A DNA stretch of 64,000 bases, from the NCBI GenBank assembly GCA_964574035.1, contig CAZNLD010000001.1:16220-80219 (forward strand), read 5' to 3'. Both the position numbers and the translations under genes were made by a program. Within the stretch, counting starts at the first letter, position 1, and the number at the start of each line of letters is the position of its first letter. The stretch is from Candidatus Undinarchaeota archaeon (GTDB taxonomy: Archaea > Undinarchaeota > Undinarchaeia > Undinarchaeales > JALTGF01). Positions 48,185-57,060 of this stretch are shown here, one piece after another. Under the pieces are notes generated by a model that did not search any database, was not told where the DNA came from, and worked only from the letters and a program-made list of their open reading frames with translations.

Positions 48185-48230
48185 TCTCTTAAATTACTAT
48201 GAGAGAGAAGTTAAAATATTTATCTACTAA

Positions 48231-49310
48231 TTATTCAATTACGCCTGTTTTTTTGGCAAGTTTTTCAGCAGCTTCTTTTGACAGGCCGTTCCTTCCGAAA
48301 ACCGTATATCTGTCTCTTAGAGTATGGGCAGTGGTTAATGCTTTGATTACTTCTTCACCTGGAATTCCAAGTTCTTTTGCATTGATTGGAGCTCCAATTT
48401 TTTTCAGGGCGTCTCTGAATTTTTCCCAGTCAAGTTTATGCAAATAAGCAGTTAAAATAGTTCCGACCCCGCACTGTTCTCCGTGCATTGCCGGCTTCTC
48501 TGCAATTCTATCTAAAGCATGTGAAAATAAATGTTCAGCTCCTGAACATGGCCGGCTGTTTCCTGCTATACACATCGCAGTTCCTGAACTGAGAAGACTC
48601 TCAACTACTAAGTTTATACTTGTTTCAAGATTTTCTTTGATCACATCTGAATTTTCAAGAATAACTTCTGCACTCATAACTGAAAGGGCTGCAGCATAAT
48701 CTCCAAAATACTCTCCTTTTAATTTGTGGGCAAGCTTCCAGTCTTCAACTGCAGTATAATTTGAAATTAAATCGGCGCATCCGGATGCAGTCATTCTATA
48801 TGGAGCTGTCTTAATTATACTTGTATCTGCAACAATTGCAATCGGCGCCCTTGTAGGATAAGAAGTGTACTTGCCTTTTTCTTTTTTGTCGTGAATTGCT
48901 GCAATAGGACTCCCCATTCCATCATGGCTCGCTGCCGTAGGAACTGAAATAAGAGGGATTTTTTCTCTGGTAGAGCTTAGTTTTGCAATATCAATTGGAG
49001 TTCCTCCGCCTACACCCAAAGCAATATCTGCATTAGTTTCTTTTATTAACTTCTGAGCTCCTTTTACATTCTCTTCAACTGCGAAATCACCAATATAAGT
49101 TTCAACATTAAAACCAGCGTCTTCAAGCTGGTCTTTTGCAGTATTTCCGGCGATTTTAATTGTTTTGGGGCCTGCAACAATAACTGCATTCTTTCCCTGA
49201 GAAAGCTGGCTGGCTACATCTCCTATTTCCTCTATGCTTCCTCCTCCAACCAGGACTAATCTTGGAAGTTCAATTTGATTTATTTTGCTTGTCATTCTCT
49301 CACAATTCAT
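48231..49310 (-). CDS. egsA: sn-glycerol-1-phosphate dehydrogenase
   Basis: GVGGG..ID.AK, VPTAASHDG, SRPCSGAEHLFSHALD and HGEQCG motifs. Confidence 0.96.
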   Translation of the reverse strand: MNCERMTSKINQIELPRLVLVGGGSIEEIGDVASQLSQGKNAVIVAGPKTIKIAGNTAKDQLEDAGFNVETYIGDFAVEENVKGAQKLIKETNADIALGVGGGTPIDIAKLSSTREKIPLISVPTAASHDGMGSPIAAIHDKKEKGKYTSYPTRAPIAIVADTSIIKTAPYRMTASGCADLISNYTAVEDWKLAHKLKGEYFGDYAAALSVMSAEVILENSDVIKENLETSINLVVESLLSSGTAMCIAGNSRPCSGAEHLFSHALDRIAEKPAMHGEQCGVGTILTAYLHKLDWEKFRDALKKIGAPINAKELGIPGEEVIKALTTAHTLRDRYTVFGRNGLSKEAAEKLAKKTGVIE

Positions 49311-49383
49311 ATTAATTCTTACTTAAATAAGTTTTTACAGTATCAAAATAAATATAAACTCAAGAATACACTTAAAAAGTACA

Positions 49384-50187
49384 ATGAAAAAATTGCTGAT
49401 AGGTGGGATCATTGCTTTGATTATAGTAGCGCTTCTCACAGTTGGTGCCAGAGCTCAATTTGTAGGCGACTACTGTACTGTAGGAACGGTAGATATTGAA
49501 AATAGTGTCGTAAGTTCAGGAGTTCATACTAAAATGAGTTATAGCTTTACCTGTTCCGGAGCAGCTTCATATTCGGGACAAATTACAAAAATGCTGATTA
49601 AGATCCCATTTACAGGAATTGAAAATCTTGAAGCTTCTGACTCATACGGGACACTTGATGTTCTTGAAGGACCGGAATATGTAGGAAAAACAGAAAGCGA
49701 AACAGAATCTACAATAGGAGTTATATTTAGAAAAGGTCTTTTAATCGAAAACAAAACTAATTCATACACTCTTACTCTTGAATTTGATACAAATACATTA
49801 ATTTCAACAAGCGAAAATGGAATTTCAACGGTAAAACCAGATGGATTGGGTCCATCTCCTAAAATCACAATTGTTTCAAAAGGGATAACCGAAACAACAT
49901 TATCAGTAGATAAAAACAATTATAATTTAGAACTTCCAGAAGGAGCTTCAATACAGAAAACAACCAAAGGATGTAATATTGACGGTGGAACAATTGTTTG
50001 CACCGGATTGACCCCAAAAGAATTGAACTCAGTTGAAGTACAGTGGGAGGGCGGTTCAGGAGAAACAGATATTTCTCTTGAAACCATCCTTAATAAGCTG
50101 TTAAATAAAGGAAAAGAATCGGCTCCGAGCATAGTAAACTTAGTTAAAAATCTGGTTAAAAGAGGAATGAGTGAAATTTCAGAATAA
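49384..50187 (+). CDS. Secreted beta-rich hypothetical protein
   Basis: Signal peptide or TM, two Cys pairs, amphipathic C-terminus. Confidence 0.6.
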   Translation: MKKLLIGGIIALIIVALLTVGARAQFVGDYCTVGTVDIENSVVSSGVHTKMSYSFTCSGAASYSGQITKMLIKIPFTGIENLEASDSYGTLDVLEGPEYVGKTESETESTIGVIFRKGLLIENKTNSYTLTLEFDTNTLISTSENGISTVKPDGLGPSPKITIVSKGITETTLSVDKNNYNLELPEGASIQKTTKGCNIDGGTIVCTGLTPKELNSVEVQWEGGSGETDISLETILNKLLNKGKESAPSIVNLVKNLVKRGMSEISE

Positions 50188-50190
50188 ACA

Positions 50191-50523
50191 ATGTATAAAC
50201 TGGCTTTTTTTATAGGCATAAGTGCAACAACAGCAGTTCTGTCTTATCTTATTTTAGGGAAAGAAAAAGCATCCGAAATGAAAAAAGCAATAAAAATCAA
50301 TATTCCGATCTCAATAGCTAAACCCTCATCGAAAAAACCTAAAATTAGCTCAGGATTTGAAATACAAAAACCTGAAGCACCTAACTATGGAACCAGTACT
50401 CCTGTAAGCAGTCTCTGCGGGCAGTGTGGGAAACAGACAACTATGCCTTTTAGATGCAGAAGATGCGGCGGGCTGTTCTGTTCCGAACACAGGCTTCCAG
50501 AAGCCCACAACCGTGGACAATAA
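50191..50523 (+). CDS. Membrane-anchored AN1-type zinc finger protein
   Basis: CGQCG...PFRCRRCGGLFCSEHRLPEAH; N-terminal hydrophobic helix. Confidence 0.85.
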   Translation: MYKLAFFIGISATTAVLSYLILGKEKASEMKKAIKINIPISIAKPSSKKPKISSGFEIQKPEAPNYGTSTPVSSLCGQCGKQTTMPFRCRRCGGLFCSEHRLPEAHNRGQ

Positions 50524-50603
50524 ATTTGTTTTAAAGGAACCACTACATTTATATACTACTTCTTACCACTATATAGTAGTGAACTTGGGAGAGATGGTTT
50601 AAA

Positions 50604-51455
50604 ATGGTCGTATGGATGCTCTTTGCAGTGCCGGTAATTATGGTTTTCGGAGCCATGGGACTGGCTATTAAATATCCCCATAATTTAATTATAGGTAAAA
50701 TTATTTTTGAAATAAAACAGTACGAAAAAGCAGTTGTTTACCGTTTAGGTAAATATCACAGAACACTAGAACCCGGCTGGCGTATTGTTATTCCAATTAT
50801 TGAAAGTTTTGTCAACTATGATTTAAGAACGGAGGCACTTGACGTTGCTGCTCAAGAAGTTATTACAAAGGACGGAATTAAGCTTTTAATTGATGCAATT
50901 ATTTACCTGAGGGTTGAAGATGTTGTAAAAGCGGAGCTTGAAGTTGAAGAAGACTATAGAAAAGCAATTGAAGCCCACGTAAAAGGTCGTATCAGAAATA
51001 TTGCAGGTACGGTTGATATTAATGAACTTTATGCTAATATTGGAGATATTAACAAGCAGTTAGAAAAAGAAACACAGGAGCTTGTAAGATCATGGGGTGT
51101 TGATATTGTTAACATGGAACTTCAGACAATTAAACCGCCTGAAGATGTTGTTGATGCTCTGCAGGCCAGAGAAATTGCAGAGAGATATAAAGAAGCTGCA
51201 AAGGAAGAAGCTCAGCAGACAAAAATTAGAATTGATGCTATTGAAGCTGCTGCAGGAAAACTTTCTGAACCTGCATTAAACTATCTTTATCTGCAGACCC
51301 TGAAAGATGTTGCCGACGGACAGTCAAGCAAGATAATCTTCCCGCTTGAATTCAGCAAGCTTGCTGAAAAGATTGGAAAAGGAGTAGGCGGAGGACTGGA
51401 TAAAGAAGGCCTCGAAAGTCTCGCAAAAAAGTATCTGGGTTCTGCAGCAAACTAA
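50604..51455 (+). CDS. SPFH/band 7 (stomatin-like) protein
   Basis: QYEKAVVYRLG, LEPG, DLRT, QEVITKD, WGV and KIIFP motifs. Confidence 0.92.
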   Translation: MVVWMLFAVPVIMVFGAMGLAIKYPHNLIIGKIIFEIKQYEKAVVYRLGKYHRTLEPGWRIVIPIIESFVNYDLRTEALDVAAQEVITKDGIKLLIDAIIYLRVEDVVKAELEVEEDYRKAIEAHVKGRIRNIAGTVDINELYANIGDINKQLEKETQELVRSWGVDIVNMELQTIKPPEDVVDALQAREIAERYKEAAKEEAQQTKIRIDAIEAAAGKLSEPALNYLYLQTLKDVADGQSSKIIFPLEFSKLAEKIGKGVGGGLDKEGLESLAKKYLGSAAN

Positions 51456-51472
51456 AATAAGAAGTGACAATC

Positions 51473-51697
51473 ATGAGAAGTGAAGAAATTTTAAGAAGTA
51501 AAACAGATGTTGGAAAAATTTCTGAAAGAACTAAGGTTCTTCGGGTAGACTGCGGTCTGGAAAAGAAAGATGCAGTTGACATTATGAAAAGATGTAGAAC
51601 CCTGAAAGAGGTTGTATTCGAATATAATGCATTTAATCATACCGAAGAGGAAGCCCTGGAATACCTGAATAGATGGGTTTATCTTGAAAGAGAATAG
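51473..51697 (+). CDS. Small DUF1699-like protein
   Basis: Similar to the next ORF: ISERTKVLRVDC...CRTLKEVVF..AF vs LPSETRILTVNC...CRELEFVKF..AF. Confidence 0.6.
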   Translation: MRSEEILRSKTDVGKISERTKVLRVDCGLEKKDAVDIMKRCRTLKEVVFEYNAFNHTEEEALEYLNRWVYLERE

Positions 51698-51738
51698 ACT
51701 GAGTAAAATATATACTAATAAACCTACTATTTTTCTTT

Positions 51739-52155
51739 ATGGAAGAACTTCATGAATATACTCTGGAACATAAAGAAGATGTATGGAAACTTCCATCTGA
51801 AACAAGAATTCTTACTGTAAACTGCAGATTAAACCTTCATTTGGCTAAAAAAATAATTGAAAACTGCAGAGAGCTGGAATTTGTAAAATTTTCACCGCAC
51901 GCCTTTGAAATAACCGACAAGGAAACAGTTGAGTATTTAGAAGACCTTATTTTTGTTCAGATTGTTGGAAAGAAAATAAAACAAGATATTGATGAAAAAA
52001 CAAGGAAAAGAATAAGGAACCTCTGGAATTTAGGAGATCACAGTACAGAACATTTATCCGAGAAATTTAATATATCAAAAGATGTAGTTTATCAGATAGT
52101 TCATGAGAAAGCTCCGGAGCACGCAAAGGAGGAGAAGCATAAACATGGCAGATAA
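51739..52155 (+). CDS. DUF1699-like domain plus C-terminal HTH
   Basis: Paralog of the upstream ORF with added STEHLSEKFNISKDVVYQIV HTH. Confidence 0.65.
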   Translation: MEELHEYTLEHKEDVWKLPSETRILTVNCRLNLHLAKKIIENCRELEFVKFSPHAFEITDKETVEYLEDLIFVQIVGKKIKQDIDEKTRKRIRNLWNLGDHSTEHLSEKFNISKDVVYQIVHEKAPEHAKEEKHKHGR

Positions 52156-52570
52156 ATATCCAAAACTGGCAGTAGACATTTTAGTTGAAGAAAACGGAAA
52201 AATCCTTTTAATTAAGAGAAATTTTGAACCTTTTAAAGGAAAGTGGGCTCTGCCCGGCGGATTTGTCGAACTCGGAGAAACTGTTGAACAGGCTGCAGTC
52301 AGAGAAGCTGAAGAAGAAACAGGACTTGAGGTCGAACTTGAAGGCATATTAGGAGTTTATTCTGATCCGGAAAGAGATCCAAGGGGGCACATAATTTCAA
52401 TAGTATTTTTTGGCAGTAAAAAGGATGGAAAAGAGAAGGCAGGAAAGGAAATTCAGGACATCAAATGGACAAACTTTAACAAAACTGAAGGTATTGATTT
52501 TGCTTTTGATCACGCAACTATTGTTGGGGACTATAAAATTATTAAAATGGACATGGATATGCAGAGGTAA
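52145..52570 (+). CDS. NUDIX hydrolase (ADP-ribose pyrophosphatase-like)
   Basis: WALPGGFVELGETVEQAAVREAEEETGL Nudix box, RDPRGH and AFDH. Confidence 0.93.
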   Translation: MADKYPKLAVDILVEENGKILLIKRNFEPFKGKWALPGGFVELGETVEQAAVREAEEETGLEVELEGILGVYSDPERDPRGHIISIVFFGSKKDGKEKAGKEIQDIKWTNFNKTEGIDFAFDHATIVGDYKIIKMDMDMQR

Positions 52571-52606
52571 AAACATAAATAAGCCCGGTGCAATTATTCT
52601 TTAAAA

Positions 52607-54340
52607 ATGAAACTATTACTGCAACACGTTGACTATGTCAATTTCAAAGTAACGAAAAAGACAAAGTTAGCCCGTAAACTGTCAGAAAAAGAAAAAAAAG
52701 GAGAGATGAAAGACTGTCTTTTTGTTAGATTTGCTTCCGAAAAAGAAGATGAAGCCGATGAAGACAAAATTGCAGAAAAAACAGTAAAAAACATACTTGA
52801 TGTTGCATCTGAAATTAAAGTTAAAAAAGTAGTTCTCTATCCTTATGTTCATTTGCTTTCAGGTTCAGATCCATCTGGAGTTAAAACAGCACTTCATATT
52901 CATAAAAAGATGAAGACCCTTCTTGAAAAGGAAGGATTTGACGTTCTTAATGCTCCTTTCGGCTGGTACAAACAATTTGAAATGAAATGTAAAGGCCACC
53001 CGATGAGCGAGCTGAGCAGAGTTGTTAGCTTAGAAGGTAAGAAAAAGAAAAAAGAGGAAAAAAAAGCTCCGGAGAAGCCAAAAGACGAAGAAGATGAAGG
53101 AGAAGTTAAACTTGGCAAACAAACTGTTCATTTGGACAGGGAAAAACTAAGCGAGAACGATCATAGAATTATCGGACAAAACCTGGACTTATATTCATTC
53201 CAAAAAGTAGGACCAGGCATGGTTTTCTTCCATTCAAAAGGATGGACAATTAGAAACCAAATGATTAAATTTATGAGAGAAAAACTTAATGAAGCCGGCT
53301 ATGAGGAAATAAATACGCCGATTATTCTTGATAAAAAACTCTGGAAAGTTAGCGGGCACTGGGATCATTACAAAGACCATATGTTCTTTACAAAAGTAGA
53401 TGACAGGGATTTCGCAGTTAAACCAATGAACTGTCCAGGAGGAATTCTGGTTTACAAAAATGAGAGCAGAAGTTATAATGACCTTCCAATGAGAATGTCA
53501 GAATTCGGACTGGTAAGCAGAGATGAATTAAGCGGAGTCCTTTCAGGTTTGTTTAGATTGAGGACATTTACGCAGGATGATGCCCATATTTACTGCACTG
53601 AAAAACAAATGGAAAAAGAGCTTGAAGATTTAATTGAACTTATTGACGATATTTACAAAACATTTGGATTTAAGTACAAGGTTGAGCTTTCAACAAGACC
53701 AGAAGATGCAATGGGCGATAAAAAAATCTGGGACCAAGCCGAAAAAACTCTGAAAAAAGCTCTTGAAAAAAAGAAAATTAAATATAAAATCAATGAAGGA
53801 GACGGAGCATTTTACGGCTCCAAAATTGACTACCATGTTACTGATTCATTAGGAAGAGACTGGCAGTGCGGAACGGTTCAGCTTGATTTCTTAATGCCGG
53901 AAAGATTTGAACTTACATATATTGATTCAAACGGAGAGGAAAAAAGACCTGTAATGATACATAGAGCAATATACGGAAGCCTTGAAAGGTTTTTAGGGGT
54001 TTTAGTTGAGCACTATAAAGGAAAATTCCCGCTCTGGCTTTCTCCTGAACAAGTTACTGTACTAACAATGAATGAGGACAGCATTGACTACGCTAAAAAA
54101 GTAGTTGAAAGATTGAAAAATGAAGGATTCAGAGTTACCCATAATTATGACGCTGAAACGATTGAAAGTAAGATAAGGGATGCCCAGCTTCAGCATGTTA
54201 ATTATACGATTGTTGTAGGAGATAAGGAAATTGAAAGTAAAACCATTGCTGTCAGAAACAGAAAAGGCAAGGTCAAATACAAGGTCAAATTAGATGACTT
54301 TGTAAATAAAATGAAAAAGGAAATTAAAGAAAGGAAATAA
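52607..54340 (+). CDS. thrS: Threonyl-tRNA synthetase with archaeal-type N-terminal editing domain
   Basis: YPYVHL, APFGWYK and CKGHP editing motifs; DHR, KPMNCP, FTQDDAH and HRAIYGSLERF catalytic motifs. Confidence 0.97.
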   Translation: MKLLLQHVDYVNFKVTKKTKLARKLSEKEKKGEMKDCLFVRFASEKEDEADEDKIAEKTVKNILDVASEIKVKKVVLYPYVHLLSGSDPSGVKTALHIHKKMKTLLEKEGFDVLNAPFGWYKQFEMKCKGHPMSELSRVVSLEGKKKKKEEKKAPEKPKDEEDEGEVKLGKQTVHLDREKLSENDHRIIGQNLDLYSFQKVGPGMVFFHSKGWTIRNQMIKFMREKLNEAGYEEINTPIILDKKLWKVSGHWDHYKDHMFFTKVDDRDFAVKPMNCPGGILVYKNESRSYNDLPMRMSEFGLVSRDELSGVLSGLFRLRTFTQDDAHIYCTEKQMEKELEDLIELIDDIYKTFGFKYKVELSTRPEDAMGDKKIWDQAEKTLKKALEKKKIKYKINEGDGAFYGSKIDYHVTDSLGRDWQCGTVQLDFLMPERFELTYIDSNGEEKRPVMIHRAIYGSLERFLGVLVEHYKGKFPLWLSPEQVTVLTMNEDSIDYAKKVVERLKNEGFRVTHNYDAETIESKIRDAQLQHVNYTIVVGDKEIESKTIAVRNRKGKVKYKVKLDDFVNKMKKEIKERK

Positions 54341-54691
54341 TCAAAATTTAATATGTTTTTTTAACTTTTTCTTATCATGCTTCCTTAAACCGCCGGTGAA
54401 ATTTTTAGGTATATGCCTTAATTCATGAATTAAGACTTCGTCCTGCTTTTTCTTGTTCAGATTGTCAAATCTTTCAGACAGGACCTCAATGACGTATCTT
54501 GGCTCCATGAAAAGGGCCTGCTGCCATATTTTAGGAAAGGACCAAATCCTTGCCAGAATGCTTTCAGACTTAGAACCCTCCGACCTGAAGCAGTAAATTT
54601 TGCTTGAATCAACGTTTGAAAAACCGTTGGAATCGACTAATTCAATAATTCTTTTTTTGATGTCGGGAGCTCTGAAATATTTGATTGCCAT
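54341..54691 (-). CDS. Putative zinc metallopeptidase (HExxH)
   Basis: ARIW...YVIEVLSERFD.L...VLIHELRHIP..F.GGLR.H. Confidence 0.85.
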   Translation of the reverse strand: MAIKYFRAPDIKKRIIELVDSNGFSNVDSSKIYCFRSEGSKSESILARIWSFPKIWQQALFMEPRYVIEVLSERFDNLNKKKQDEVLIHELRHIPKNFTGGLRKHDKKKLKKHIKF

Positions 54692-54794
54692 AGTTTAATT
54701 AAGGACTAGATTCTTTTTATCACTTGTGAAACGCAAAAGCTGCATAAATAGATTCTGCTTTTGTGAGCATTTATGGATAAAGGGTGAAATGCAA

Positions 54795-55538
54795 ATGAAA
54801 GTTCTATACTGGAAAGACGACAAAGCTGGAAAGAATATAGCTGAAAATCTGGTGGAAATTGGACTGGAGCATCTTTTAATTGAGTCAGAAAAATCTCTCT
54901 TATATTCTGAAGAGCTGGATATTGAAACTGATCTGTTTGTAGTTGCTTCAACGCATAGAAGTAAAACAAATAAACCCAGCCTTACGGTCCATCCAACAGG
55001 AAACTGGGGCTCTGCAGATGTCGGAGGAAACGAACATGAACTTTCATATACTAGTCCGGAAGCTCTGGCTGTCGGCTTGAGGGCAATTAATAAAAGAGAA
55101 ACAGAAGGGTTTGATGTAAGTATGGAGGCGACTCATCACGGCCCTACCGGCTGGAAAACTCCCCTGATATTTATTGAGATTGGAAGTAGGGAAAAAGAAT
55201 GGAAAAATAAAGAAGCAGGAAGAATTATTGCTGAGGCAATTTCTGAAATAAATGATTCTAAACAGACGTTTGAAAACTATGTCGGCTTCGGCGGGATACA
55301 CTACTGCCCTTACTTTACTAAAAGAGTTCTTGAAAATGAAGGGATTGCAATAGGACATGTTGCTCCTAAATATGCCTCAGAAGATTTGGATAAACAAATA
55401 ATCAAAGAGGCATTTGAAAAGAGCAATGCTGAAAAAGCTCTCTTTGACTGGAAAGGATTGAGAAGTAAGGAAAGAAACAAAATTTTAAATATTCTGGAAG
55501 AGTTAGGAATAGATTACAAGAGGGCGAGAGATATATGA
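54795..55538 (+). CDS. dtdA: D-aminoacyl-tRNA deacylase (archaeal DTD2/DtdA)
   Basis: STHRS, LTVHPTGN, EATHHGP, FIEIGS and GFGGIHY motifs. Confidence 0.93.
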   Translation: MKVLYWKDDKAGKNIAENLVEIGLEHLLIESEKSLLYSEELDIETDLFVVASTHRSKTNKPSLTVHPTGNWGSADVGGNEHELSYTSPEALAVGLRAINKRETEGFDVSMEATHHGPTGWKTPLIFIEIGSREKEWKNKEAGRIIAEAISEINDSKQTFENYVGFGGIHYCPYFTKRVLENEGIAIGHVAPKYASEDLDKQIIKEAFEKSNAEKALFDWKGLRSKERNKILNILEELGIDYKRARDI

Positions 55539-56167
55539 GGAAACTATTTTGGAAAGATCCGTATAAAAAAGAATGCAGAGCAAAAGTTAAAAAAATTGAC
55601 GGCAGGAAAGTTGTATTAAATCAGAGTATTTTCTTTGCTTTTTCCGGAGGGCAGACATCCGATAAAGGAACAATTGGAGGAATCGAAGTTGAAAAAGCAG
55701 AAAAGGACAAGGACATAGTTTATACTTTGAAAGAAGAACCAACTTTTTCAGAAGGAGAGGAAGTTGAAGTAAAAATTGACTGGGATTTCAGATACAAATT
55801 AATGAAACTTCATTCCGCTGCCCATATTGTTTATGAAATATTCAAAGAAACAGCTGGCAGGAAAAAGATTATTGGCTCAAATATTTCAGGTAAAAAAGGA
55901 AGAATTGATTTTGAAATGGATGAAAACCTGAATGAATACCTGCCTCAAATTCAGAAAAAAACGAATGAATTAATTCAGAAAAATTTGAAGATTGAAACTT
56001 ATGAAGATGAAATTGAAAAAGGAAAAAGATGGTGGGAAATTCCTGGGAAGTGGAAAATGCCCTGCGGAGGAACTCATGTTAAAAAAACATCTGAAATAGG
56101 AGAAATTGAATTAAAAAGAAAGAATATTGGAGCAGGGAAGGAAAGAGTTGAAATTTACTTAAAATAG
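55535..56167 (+). CDS. alaXM: AlaX-M type trans-editing protein
   Basis: LFWKDPY, GGQTSD.G, HSAAH and CGGTH zinc-binding motifs. Confidence 0.9.
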   Translation: MRKLFWKDPYKKECRAKVKKIDGRKVVLNQSIFFAFSGGQTSDKGTIGGIEVEKAEKDKDIVYTLKEEPTFSEGEEVEVKIDWDFRYKLMKLHSAAHIVYEIFKETAGRKKIIGSNISGKKGRIDFEMDENLNEYLPQIQKKTNELIQKNLKIETYEDEIEKGKRWWEIPGKWKMPCGGTHVKKTSEIGEIELKRKNIGAGKERVEIYLK

Positions 56168-56222
56168 TTCAGCGAAAGTGTATTTAATAAGCTTGCAGAT
56201 AAAATTAAAGATACATAAATTT

Positions 56223-56295
56223 AGCCCCGTAGTGTAGCGGTCAAGCATAGCAGGCCCTGGACCTGCTGACAGCAGTTCGAATCTGCTCGGGGCTA
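56223..56295 (+). tRNA. tRNA-Gln(CTG) with C33
   Basis: AGCCCCG/CGGGGCT acceptor (A1-U72), GCAGG-CCCTGGA-CCTGC anticodon arm, AGCAG-TTCGAAT-CTGCT T arm. Confidence 0.93.
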
Positions 56296-56300
56296 CTAAA

Positions 56301-56404
56301 AAATGGTAGATGGTAAATAGTAGATCGTAAATGGTAAAGATCACCCAGCAGCTGCCGGCTACGCATAGAATCATTAACTATTAACTATAAACGATTAACC
56401 ATGA
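56301..56404 (+). repeat. Heptamer-armed intergenic element, copy 3 (core at 56345-56356)
   Basis: aaatggt/agatggt/aaatagt/agatcgt/aaatggt, then CCAGCAGCTGCCGGCTACGCATA, then atcatta/actatta/actataa/acgatta/accatga. Confidence 0.82.
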
Positions 56405-57060
56405 AAAAATACATCGGATTTGACCTGGACGGAACATTAGCAACGCTCGATTTTGACGAAAGAATTTGGCTGGAAGAAATTCCTAAACTGTATGCTGAAA
56501 AAAATAATTTGGAATTGAAAGAAGCAAAAGACAAACTGTATGCAACTTATTTTAGGTCCTGGATGATTGAAAAAGTAAAGGACTGGACTGACATTGAATA
56601 CTGGTTTGACCGGCTTGACCTAGAAAACTGGCAGAAATTAATTGAAGATATGAAAGATGAAATTTATTTGTATGAAGATGCAGTTCCTGCTCTTGAAAAA
56701 CTGAAAAAGGACTATAAATTAATTGTAATTACAAATTCAAACAGAAAATTCCTAAACATAAAAATAGAAAGTGAAGGATTAAAAGAATATTTTGAAAAAA
56801 TTTATTCAGTAAATTCAGACTTAGGTTTCGGAAAAAAAGAACCAGCGGTATATCAAAAAATCTGCAATGAGCTAAAAATAAAACCAACGGAGATGGCACA
56901 TATAGGAGACGACTACATAAGAGACTACATGATTCCTCGCTCAATTGGAATAGATTCATATTATCTAGACAGAAGAGATGCATCAGGACACGAAGAAAAT
57001 AAAGTTACTAATTTAAAAGAATTTGTTAAAAAAATAAAAGAAAATGAAAGAAGAAATTGA
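56401..57060 (+). CDS. HAD-superfamily hydrolase
   Basis: FDLDGTL, ITNS, KKEP and HIGDD...D motifs. Confidence 0.92.
   Translation: MKKYIGFDLDGTLATLDFDERIWLEEIPKLYAEKNNLELKEAKDKLYATYFRSWMIEKVKDWTDIEYWFDRLDLENWQKLIEDMKDEIYLYEDAVPALEKLKKDYKLIVITNSNRKFLNIKIESEGLKEYFEKIYSVNSDLGFGKKEPAVYQKICNELKIKPTEMAHIGDDYIRDYMIPRSIGIDSYYLDRRDASGHEENKVTNLKEFVKKIKENERRN

Noticed and set aside
56159..56374. 71-aa minus-strand ORF
   Set aside because: It is antisense to tRNA-Gln and the heptamer arm, and its TIY-type repeats are a by-product of the repeat.
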